Source: Saprolegnia diclina VS20 (lineage: Eukaryota). From it: a DNA stretch of 47,547 bases. Where the stretch lies: assembly GCF_000281045.1 (NCBI RefSeq), contig NW_008246124.1, forward strand, positions 307,629 through 355,175, written 5' to 3'. The position numbers were made by a program, and so were the translations under genes. Below the pieces are notes generated by a model, which was not told the DNA's origin, did no database searches, and worked only from the letters and a program-made list of their open reading frames with translations. How positions within the stretch are numbered: position 1 is the stretch's first letter; each line of letters begins with the position of its first letter. Shown here piece after piece: positions 11,401 through 23,400 of this stretch.

Positions 11401-14400
11401 TCGACAACGTACTTCTTTTCGGCGTATACCCTCAACCCGATCGGTGCCAGCATCGCTAGCATTACGGCGCAGACAACAAGGTACGCGTTCTCGTCGCAAC
11501 ATCACATCACCCACTTGGTGCTAGTCCGCCCGTCGCGCCGCCGTCTGTCATCGCCGTGACCGGTGTGGATGCCGTGGGGGCGCTTACCTTGCGATGGACA
11601 CCGCCACAGGTACATATAGCGCGTCGGGTTTGCACTAAACTTCCAAAACCCTAGTCGCTTGGAGGTATGCCTCTGCGCAACTACTCGGTGGTTTGCGACA
11701 ACACTGTGCTGACGCAAATGTCGACACATATGGGGTCTCTGATGGAGTATACGTGGTGCCAGCAGCTCGTGGCCAACGCGACGCACACGTGCTACGTGCA
11801 AGCGCTCACGGCCCTCGGCGCGTCGCCCGTCGCTGCTTCGACGTTTGTCTTAACGCAAGTGGGGCCGCCGGGTACGCCGACGGCCGTGGTGCTCTTCAGC
11901 AACGCCACCTCGGCCAGCGTTCAGCTCACTGCGCCCTGCAACGTCGGGGGTGCCCCATCGTTCTCGTACGACTGCGCGCTCGTCGACAGCGTGACCAACG
12001 CGTCGACACCGGTTCCGTGCACCGACACGACGCCCACGATCCTCACCTCCTTGTCCGTCAACACCACATATGCATTCGTTTTGCGTACGACGACGGTCTA
12101 TGGCTCCAGTGCGTGGGTGACGCTGGCTGTCGCAACCACGTCCGGCATTCCATCCGCGCCGGACATGTCGCTCACCTTGGCCTCGGACCGCCGGCTCGTT
12201 CTCTGCATCAAGGCTCCTGTGCTCCTCGGGGGGTCCAATTTGGTTGGCTATCAGCTCGTCGTACGCACGGACACCGACGTCGTGCTTCAGTCGACGCTTC
12301 TCAACGACGGCTCGGCCGCCTTTACCGTTCCGGGGTCGTGTCTCCAAGTTACCGTATCCAACGTCTCGTTCGACACGGCGTATGCTGCGTCCGCGTCTGC
12401 AGTTGGCATTGGCGGTGTGAGTCCTGCCACGACGGCGACCTACTCGACGCTTCCGCAGCAACCGGGCGTGCTCGCCTGGAACGCGTCGACGATGGTGACC
12501 AACCAAGGGGTGCTGACGCCCGTGAGTCTGGTCCGGTCCGCGGGTGTCACGGGGCCCGTCAATGTCACGCTCCGCATCACCAACGACGTCAACAACACGT
12601 ACATTTGCGACCCGTCGACAGGGCTGTGTGGACCGCCAAGCCCGTGCAGCCAAGTGTATCCCGACACCGATTTAGTCGGGAATGACATGACGAACATGGC
12701 GTCGCCGTCCGTCGCCGACTGCTGTGCCAAGTGTCAAGCCTACGCGGGGTGCGTGGCGTATGCGCTGAACAGTGGCCAGTGCTACCTCAAGTCGTTCGGG
12801 CTCAACCCGACGGCCGCCGTCGGTGTTACGGCCGGTATCATCACGCCCAACTGTCGAACGTTCTACCCCGGTGTGGATTTTGTCGACGAGTTCTTGTCGT
12901 ATCAGGTGCTCTCGCTGCCCGAGTGCGTAGTAGCCTGCAAGAACGTTCCCAACTGCATCGGATTCAGCTATATCCTTTCGATGCAAACATGCTACTTCAA
13001 GAGCGAGCAGATGCAGATGCAGAGCAACACCGACTGCATCTCGGTCGTTGTCGCGCCGATTTGTCAAGCGTCGCAAACGTTTGCGCTGGCATTCGAAGAC
13101 GGCGAGAGCGCCAAGACACTCTATTTTGCGATTCCCAACGACGTCAACGCGGCGGCTCCGTACGGTCTCGCACTGGCGCTGAGCACGCCCACCAACGGCG
13201 CCTCGCTCGGCGCCCCGAGTGTCTTGACCATGAACGTGGCACACGACGGCGGTACCCTGCAGTGGGCCAACGCCGGACCCGCGGGACCCAACACGTCGAC
13301 GACGCTCACACTGACTCGCGTCGGGCAGACGGTGCTACCAGTGACGGCGTCGGTGCTCCTCCAAGCGAGCAACAGCCTCACGATTATGTGCGACCCGTCG
13401 ACGCTGGTGTGCGCTCCGCCCGCGACGCCGTGCAGTCAGCAGTACCCGGGCACCGACTTTGTTGACAACGACCTCACGAGCGCGACGGCGTCGTCGGCCA
13501 ACGACTGCTGCGCCCAGTGCCAGGCGTACAACGGCTGCGGCGCCTACGCGTTCAACACGGCGACAAATGCGTGCTACCTCAAATCCATGGGGCTCAACAC
13601 AATAGCCGTACCGGAAGTGATTGGCGGCGTCCTCTCGAGTGTCTGCGTCCACGAGATCGCCGACGTGGATTCTGAGGGCAGCGACATTGGCGAGTCGGCC
13701 GGTGTGACGCTTGCCCAGTGCCGCGCGCTTTGCAGCTCGAACGCAGAGTGCTTTGGGTTCCGCTACGAGTCGTCAACGTCAAAGTGCTGGCCCAAGTCGC
13801 ACTTGAACAACCTTGCCGCCGCGCCGGGAGGTGTCTTGGGGCTTGCGCAGCAACCGTGCCAGACGTCCGGAGTCGCCCTCTCGTTTCCAGCTAGTAGCAA
13901 TGCGAGCGCTTTGACATTAAAAGTGCTACCGACAACAACGTACGCTGCACCGTACACGATCACAACGTCGATTCAGTCGACGGCCAACGGTGCGACCTGG
14001 AATGCCTCCAAGCCGCTTGACGTTGCGGTGCTCGACAACGGCGTGGCGGGGCATTTTGCATTTGCCAACGCACAGCTCACGGCGTTTGTCAATGTCTCGA
14101 GCGTCCAACTGACTGTCCGTCGGCTGTTTGCGACCAACGGCGACGTCGTCGTCACACTGACGTCGTTGCCGTCGATCTTCGTAGCGCAAGGTCTCTTTAG
14201 CGCGACCCTCACGTTTGCTGACGGCGTGACGTCGGCGACAGCGGCCATGCCACTAATGATGCCGCAGACGCCGACGCCGCCGCAAAACGTGACGATCAAC
14301 ATTGCTGCGGTGACCAACTATGGCTGGATCGTGGCGCCGTCGACCTGCGTCGTCACCGTGTACGACACGCGCCTCACGTGGCCGGATCCACCGACGCAAC

Positions 14401-17400
14401 TTCAAGCGACATCGGCCACCGGGAGTACGCTCTACGTTGCATGGACGCCGCCGGTGTTCAAGGGCGGCGTCGACGTCTTGCCGTCGGCTTTGAGCTACCA
14501 AGTGCTTGTGACGGGCCGAAGCACGATCGTTACGTCGGCAACGTTCGCGGTCATTTCCAAGCTCTCGCCGCTCACCAGCTACAGTGTCAGTGTTGTCACG
14601 GTCAATGCGTTTGGGCAGAGCGTTGCTTCTGCACCCGTGGCGATGGCGACAACCGTGCCCACGGAGCCCAGTGCACCGACGAGTGCCGGTGTCTCCTCGG
14701 CCGTTGCAACGCAGGCTGTCATCTCCTGGGCCCCGCCAAGCGAGACGGGTGGCGTGCCTATTGCGTTCTACCGCGTGTGGCAGCAGCGCGGCGTCGGAGC
14801 GTCTAAGAGCCTCGTTGCCCAAGTGGCGGCCACTGCGAGCTTGACAGTGCGCGTGACCAACCTCATTCCTAGCTCCACACTCGAGCTTTCCATCACGGCC
14901 ACCAACAATGCTGGTCTTGAGGGGGCCCCTGCGCTGTTGACGGTGCTGACGACCGCGCCAACGCCACCCGATGCCCCAGTACCCCCAAGAGTGGTGTCGA
15001 CCACGGGCGGGGCCGTCACGTTTGGCTACAACAGCTCGGGCTACGATGGAGGTGCACCGGCGACGACGTTTCGCATCATCTCAGATTTGGGACTGGCGTG
15101 CAACGCGTCGACCGACGCCACGTGCTCCATCTACGGTCTGTCGCCGACAACAACGTACGCGGCCATGATCTTTGTCGAGAATCATCTGGTACGAAAGCGA
15201 GAGGCTGGGCGCGGTTGACCCTAGTATGTGTAGGGCTCGTGTGCGAATGGGACGCAGTTTGCTTTTACAACAGCCGTTGCGTCCTCGCCTGCGGGTCAGC
15301 TGCCCCCGACGGTTGTCCAAGAAGCGCTGGGTGCACTGACGCTGTCGTGGACACCGCCCGCCGACAACGGCGGTGTGCCCATCGTCGGCTACACGATCGA
15401 CGCGTGTCTTGGTAACGGCACGTGCAACACTGTCTACTCTCAAGTGTCGAACCCGGCGACGACAACCACGTTGACAACACTGAGCCAAAACACGACGTAC
15501 AGCTTGTCGCTCTTGGCGTACAACACGCAGTCGTTCTGCGCGGGCGCAGCGGCAAGTATCGGCGCATTGCTCGTACATACGACGATGAAGCGGACGCCAC
15601 CGGCACCGCCGACGCTCAAGGCCATCGGGATCACGGGCGGTGCCATCATCCTCGACTGGACGCCGGTCATTGGGTCTGCCGACATTTCTGCGTACGCCTT
15701 GTACAACGCCGATAAGGCAACGCTGCTCTATCAAGGCAACGCGACAAGCTTTGTCATGTACAACTGCAGTGCACTGAGCTCCTATACCTTTCAAGCGAGC
15801 GCGCTCAACAACATTGGGTGGAGTGAATATGGCCCGATACTCGTCGTGACGACGACCGCCGTGTCGGTGCCCAGTGCCGCCACGGGTCTACGGGCGGATG
15901 CGACAACGTCTGGCGGCAAGGTAGCACTGTCGTGGAACCCACCGGGAGACACGGGTGGCATTACGACGCTGTACTATACCATTCTTCGCAACGGCTCGCA
16001 ACTCGCTGCCAACGTGCTGTCAACGACGTATGTCGACGTGGCCAACATCACTGCCTCGACCGTCTATGCGTACACCGTTGGCGTGTCCAACCTCGTGTTT
16101 GCAGGGTCGTTCTCGGCACCCGCGACGGTTCGATCCGCTGCGCGGACGCCGCCAGCACCCGTCGTCGTCCGAAACGTCACAGCCCTTGGTGGTTCCATCG
16201 TCCTTGCGTACGATCTGCCGACCGACTCGGGGGGCGCCCCCCTGACATCGATGTCAGTCGTTGCGTTTCAATATTTCGGTGCATCGACGCCGCGGGTCCT
16301 TGTTTGGAATCAAACCAGCAGCGCAGTGTCGAGGACAACCATCTCGGGGCTGACGGCACAGACCTTGTACGATATATCGACCGTGGTCACCACCGCTGCC
16401 GGGTCAAGTCTGCCCGTCAGCTGTTCGGCCTCGACGTCTGCAGCGACAATCCCGAGCAGCCCTGCCAGTCCGCTGCTCGCGAGTGCCAACTCAACAGCAC
16501 TTGTTGTCAACGTCAGCGCGTTGACGAGTGAGTACGACTTTGGGGGGACCCCGCTTGTCGCATATCGAGTATTTGTCAATGGCTCTTTTGTGGCAACCGT
16601 GTCGGCAGCGGCGCCCAACGTGACAGTACTTACAGGTCTCTACGCCTCGACGCTCTATGCAGTGCAGTTTGCCGCTGTGAACGCCATCGGAAGCTCTCTC
16701 CTCGGGGCTCCTCTTTTGGCGACGACGGCGTCGATGACAGTTCCCGGTCCCGTCGACACTATCGTAGTTGTTGCAGCCACGGGAACAACATTGACCGTAT
16801 CGTGGGCCTACCCGCGTGTGACGGGCGGGGCGCGCCTGAGCGACATGACGTTCATGGTGGCATATATCGGAGCCAATGCCTCGAGCGTCGTGACAAGCCA
16901 GCGCCCAACCATCGTGCTCTCGTCGCTTCAGCCGCTCACAACGTACACCATACGCATCCAGGTTGCAACGGCAGGAGGCACCAGTGTCATGGCCAACGCC
17001 ACTGCAACGACGACCGTCGGCGCTGCCGGCACGGCGTCCATGATCGCGAAGATCACCCACGTCCTGGAGAGCGACGCCTTTGTCACCGTGATTGCGACAC
17101 GAAATGCCACCGGCGTCGCATCAGTTGTTGGCTACTACACGACGGATGCATCGGCGGTCGCCGGGCGCGACTACATGGCGGCGTCGGGCAACGCCACGTT
17201 CACCGCCGACGCCAGCAACGCCAGCATTACCATCAAGCTCCGAAACAACTTTGCGTGTCAAACGAGCGAACGCCGCTTCAACATTACGCTCGTGCAAACA
17301 GATGCGGTCCAAGTGGGTGAAGCCGCCTCGACGGAGATCGTCATCAACGATGACGGCGACGGCGGTATGGTGGCATTCCAACAACCGTCGCAGACCGTCG

Positions 17401-20400
17401 TAACGCTGGCACCAACGACGACACCCGTCGACGTGCCACTGGTGCGCACCCTCGGCAAGTACACGGACGTAAACGTGAGTGTGTTTCTCGTCCAGTCCAC
17501 GTCGACCGCGCAACTCGGCGTTCAGATTGCATCGATCCCGATGTTTGTTTCGTTTCCAGTCAACGATACGACGACCGTCGCGACTGTCTTGCTCCTCAAC
17601 GACCAAACGTACCACGACCCTCCGCTCAGCTTTACAATCGGGCTTACCCTCGTCGATGGCACGAACTCGTGTGCACTTGCTGCGCCAGCGCTAACGACAA
17701 CGTCGGTGCTGATGCTCGGTCGAAACGTCGTGTCCCCGCCGGCGCCGCCGACGCAAATGCAAGTGGTTAGCGCTACCGGCGGCTCTCTGCGCCTGGCTTG
17801 GACGCCACCCACGTACACGGGAGGCTACAACCTTTCTGTGACAAGCTACTTGGTGGTGCTGTCTGGGCCAGGCATCAACACGACGTCTCTGAACACTTCG
17901 CTGCCCACTGTCGACTTAAATGGTCTCGTGGCCAATGGAAACTACTCGGTTGCGGTGACGTCGGGCACCAACGTCTACGTCGGTGCGCCCAGTGAGACGG
18001 TGTACGTCCAGACAACGGCACCAACGCCACCGAGCCGCCCGCGCAACGTCGTCTGTGCGAGTCAAACTGGTGGGAGCGTCACCGTTACATGGGCACCACC
18101 GCTCGACGCTGGTGGGTTGCCCATCTTGGGCTACAACATTTTGAACGCGCAGTCGACGAATTTGTCGTCCCTTGCACAAATGTACGATGGCACCTCGTTC
18201 ACGTGGCGGGGCCTGATGCAGCTCACCCGGTATTCGTTGGTGCTTCAAGCCGTCAACAGCTTCAACATCGTTGGTGACGCGGTGAGCATCACCTGCACGA
18301 CGGCGGTGGCAAACGTGCCCGCAACGCCGTTGGCGCCAGTGCTTGTTTCGGCGACGGGCGGTGCGATAACGGTGACGATGCCGAGCCCCGTGGACACGGG
18401 CGGCTTGCCACTCACACTCTACGTCCTGTATATCAACAGCGTCGCACGTCCCAACCTGTTCACGCAAGTCTACAGCGGGTCCTCGCCTATCACAACCGCG
18501 TATGGCTTTGCAGCGGCCACAGCGTATGGGTTTCAATGCAGAGTTGGGAACGCTGCGGTATGCGTCCCGGTGGGCAGTACAAACTCCGTGGCTGACCGTT
18601 GCTATTGTAGGGCATGAGCGCGTCGTCAAGCACAGTCTTCATCTCGACGCTAGCGGTAACGGCACCGTCGGGACCATTGGCGATCGCAGTCGCCGCACCC
18701 CCCACGGGGGGCGCCGTCGCACTGCGCTGGGCGCCGCCACTCGACTCGGGTGGCACTCCCATTACGGGCTACTTTGTGCGGCTCTACAACATGATCGATC
18801 TCGTCACGAACGCGCCGACTGTCGTGTATGAAAATGACTCGAGCCTCGCGCTTGAGACGACGATCTATGGTCTTGCGTCCAACACGACATACGCCTTCTC
18901 GGTTGTGGCAGTGACGCTTCTGAGTCACTGTTTGAACCCGTCGCTGATCCAAGAAAGCTCTCGCGTCGTCGCGCGCACGGGCGTGTCGACCGTCCCATCG
19001 GCGCCGTTCTCGGTGTCGCTTCTGGCCGCAACGGGCGGCATGCTCTCGTTGGGCTGGAAGCCGCCGTTGGACAATGGCGGTACGCCAGTGGCTGTCTACT
19101 GGGTCCGCAACTCGACGAACGCCGTCGTGTGCACAACATCGACCGTCAGCTGCAGCGTCTACGGGCTATCTTCGCAGACGCTTTTCCGCTTTACCATTGT
19201 GGCAGTCAACAGTGTTGGGCAGTCGCCGCCAAGCAATACGCTCTCGGCCGCGACCCGCGAAGTCTCGGCGCCAAGTCCGTCGCTCAACGTGTCGGCGATA
19301 TCGGTGGGTGCCGATGTGCTCTCGTTGACGTGGCTGTCGCCACTCGACTCGGGCGGAGCGTCCATCGTCGGCTACACCGTGTATCGCGACGACGCACTCG
19401 TTGCATCTACGGGTCCGACACCGGCGGTCGTCGACCGCAGCGGCCTTTTAGCCAATACAACCTACCGGTACGCTATTCAAGCGTTGAACGGCCGACTGCC
19501 AGGAGTCATGTCGTCTGCGCTTCTCGTAACGACGGGCCCCGCCACGGCACCGTCGACGCCGACATCCATGACGTCATCGATTGGGGGTGGGAGCATCTCT
19601 GTGGCTTGGGGCGCGCCGACGTCGACCGGCGGTGTCGCCGACATGACTACCGTGTGTCAGCTGTACTCCAACGAGACCGTGCTCCTTCAGCAACTGGTGG
19701 CGCAGCGTCCGCCGTGCCCCTTTGGGGCACTGGACCAGCGCACTGCGTACGAGATCGTCATTTTCAACAACAACACGGTCGGCGCCAGTGCGATCACGAG
19801 CCTCAATGTGATGACCAGCAGCGCGACACTACCGCAAGCACCACCAACACCGATCATTCTCGACCACTCGGGCAGCGTAGCGACGCTGCAGGCAGTGGCA
19901 CCTCGACAAACTGGCGGTCTCCCGATTCTCGTGATGAAGATCTACGAAGATGGGCAACTGCTCGGGAGCACCACCGCCGCGACGTTACTCCAGTGGACGT
20001 TGGTCAACCTCGTAGCAGACACGGCGTACGCGTTCCAGACGACGGCCGTCACGGGTGTCGGGGAGAGTCCGCTGAGCGCTCCCTTGCACTTTACAACTGG
20101 CCCCGTCGTCGCGCCTTCTGAACCACGCAACGTGTTGGTGGTCGACGTGAATACGACGAGCTTTGCGCTCAGCTGGCTACTGCCGCGCAACTCGGGCGGG
20201 CGGCTGCAGGAGCTGCAGTACAATGTAGTCGTCTTTGAGATGGTCAACGATACACAAGTCGGTGTTGCTGTCGCTACGAGCACAGGGACGAGTGTCACCA
20301 TCGGGAACCTACAAGACGCTACGACGTATGAGGTGACGCTTCAAGCTTCCAATAGCGCTGGTACAAGTGCGACGACCGCGCCGCTCAGTGTGACCACCGT

Positions 20401-23400
20401 GCCGCTCGCCAAGGGTGTGGGTGGCTGGGCGATCACCACCATGTCGGTGCTCTCGTCAGTAGGTACATTTAGTTTGCCTCTGGTGCGCACCAACGGGTCT
20501 TCGGACGCGCTTGTGCTCTCGGTCACGTGCGTCGGTGTCGGCATCACACCGTCGTGCCCGGCGCAGGTGACGCTGGCCAACTTGGTGACGTCGGCGTCGG
20601 TTCCGATTACGATTCCAGCCAGTAGCGTCTATGTGCCGAGCCAATCCATTACAGTGACGCTGAGTGGCGACGGCGATAAGAACGGTGTCGACCCGTTGGC
20701 CACCACGGTAACGGTCGCCGTGGACTGTGAAATCAACGCCGGCGTCTTTTCGTTTGCCTCTGCGACGCAACTGGTTCGCGAAGATGCCGGCATCGTGTCG
20801 GTTCCCATTCTTCGCCGCCTCGGAGTGTCGACAGCGGTTGTCTGGACCCCGTTGGACGTCTCTGCAAGTGTCGACGGGACGTCGTTGGCGGGCCTCGAGT
20901 ATCAGATTCTGCCCAATCAACGCATCGCCTTTGCCGACGGCGCAACAACGGCATCGCTGTCGGTCTCGATCGTCAACAACCAGCGTCCTTTCTTTCCCCG
21001 ACGGTTTTTCTGCATCGGACTCCAAAAAGTCTCTGGTGGCGGCTACGTGAACGCCACGGGCAACGCGACGACATGCGTCACGATCTTCAACGACTGGACA
21101 CCAATGGTGCCAAGCGCCGTGTCGGTCGCGTCCGTTAGCTACCAAGCCACCGGCGGCCTTTTGAACCTTACGTGGGCGTCGCCGGTCTACCTTGGCGGTA
21201 TTGGTGTTACCGTGTCTCGGTATACCCTGCGCGTCGTATCGGCATCGGGACTGCACTCTGTGCTGACGACACCGACGAACGCGACAACGGCACTCGTCGG
21301 CAACCTCACCGAGCTCACAGCGTATACCGTGGGCATTGCTGCTGTCAACGTTGTCGGCGTCGGGCCCGAAGCCAATGCGACGGCGTTGACCAGTTCGAGG
21401 TCCCTGCCAGGCCCCGTGGTGCAAATCAACCAAACCGCTGCCAGCGGCGGGTACGCCCAGTTGCAAATTTCAATACCGCTCGACACAGGTGGTGTCCCAA
21501 TCACCAACTTTACCGTGTTTCTCTACAGTCCGAGCCGGAATGCGTTTATCGTACGACGTCCACCCTTGCTTGAACGGAACTGCAGTGTGTCGTAGGCGCA
21601 AGACACGCGAGCCTCGCCCTCGTACATTGCGTACTTGCCTCAGTTTCAAAGCACCTACGTCGTTCAAATTCAGGTATGTTCCAAAGCCCGAAAGGAATCG
21701 AGTCAGTTCTCGCAGGTGGCCAACGCGGTGGGCTACAGCAACCTCAGGAGTAATTTTTCCGTCTTCACATCGGCAGCCACGTTGCCCGGTGCGCCACGGC
21801 TTGTGACGTCGCCAGTGCAAACGGGCGGTGCCATCACCCTGCGCTGGCTGCCACCGCTCGACACTGGTACGCACCCCTATATCGACTTAATGGTATTCAC
21901 AGGTGCTAGGGGGCGTCAGCATTACGGGCTACAACGTCTACATGGCCTCGGACACGGGACTGGCGCTGTATACAACGACGACTGCAGCGACCGCGGTCAT
22001 CGCGCCGCTTAGCCAGCTCACGACCTATCAGTTTGTCGTCGTGGCCCGCAACACACTCGGTGATGTTGTGCTGCCCGCGGTGGGGTCGATCGCGATGGGC
22101 ACGGACGCCATTTCGACCAATGCGAGCACGCTCCAGTTGCTACCGGTTTATACGATCGAGATGGCCGTACGTTGTTCGATGTCGCCTCTGCGGGATGCCG
22201 ATGTCGGTGATTAGGGCGGTTTGTGGCAACCGTCGCCGGTGCAAGCACGAGCCAATACGATTCAGCTATCATCCGTGTACTCGGGACCATCGCTCAACGC
22301 ACAGAGAATGGTGGCGCGTGGCACAGCGTCGGGGCTCTTTACCGTGGGAACGACGGTGGCAACGTTACCAGGGCCACCGCCAGCGCCATTGCGACTCGAC
22401 TATGCATCGGGCAGCGTCGTTCAGCTGCAATTGCTCTCGCCGAGCGACACGGGTAAGCTCTCAGCTTCTTCAGGATTGCTGTCAACGACGTGAGTGTAGG
22501 GGGTCTGCCCGTAACAGGCTATCGCATCTTTGTCAACAGCACGGAAGTGTCGGGTTTCAGCATCGTCTCGACGACAGTGTCTCGATCGTCGTCGCTGCAG
22601 ATTGACCAGATCGCGCTTGTTCCGGGCTTTACGCCGTCGACAATCTACAGCGTCTCGGTTGTCGCCATGACGCTCAAGTCGTCGTGCGAGGCGCTGAGTC
22701 TCGGCGTTGTTGGCGCAGCGACTCTGCTGCAAGCCAACACATCGACTCTGCCGCAGCCAGTGCTTTTGTTCACGAGCCCGCAAAGTACCGGCGGGGCGAT
22801 CTACCTCGCGTGGTCGCCACCGATCGATCGGGGCGTCGGCCTGGATGTGCCGCTCACGTACACCCTGTCGATGGCGCCGTCGCTAACGCCTGTGTGGGCT
22901 GTTGTGGGCAACACCACGGGCACAACGTACTGGGTGCTCAACCTGCAGCCGGAAACGACGTATCTCTTCCAAATCGCCGTCGCGTCGCCCGTTGGCACGT
23001 CACAGAACGTCACGCAGGCGACGTTCGTCACGGCGGGGCTTTCGGCGCCGGGGCCCTGCGATCCACCCGTGTTGCTCAACCACACGGGCGGGTCGCTCAC
23101 TGTGGGCTGGTCGCCCCCAGTGGACAACGGCGGCCGTCCCGTCATCAGCTACGTGATTCAAGTGCAAGGTATGACGGCAACGACGACGACAAGTGCACTG
23201 TTTGCAACGATCACGGGGCTCTTGGCGCAAACGACGTACAGCGTCCGCGTCAGTGCGATCAATATCATGGGCACCGGGGCCGCCAGCGTCTACGCGAGCT
23301 TCATGACGGGCAACCCGTCGCCAGCGGCCGCTCCATCGAGCCCCATCGTTGTCGGACAGTCGGGCGGCGCGGTCGTCTTGGCCTTCACACCGCCAGACGA

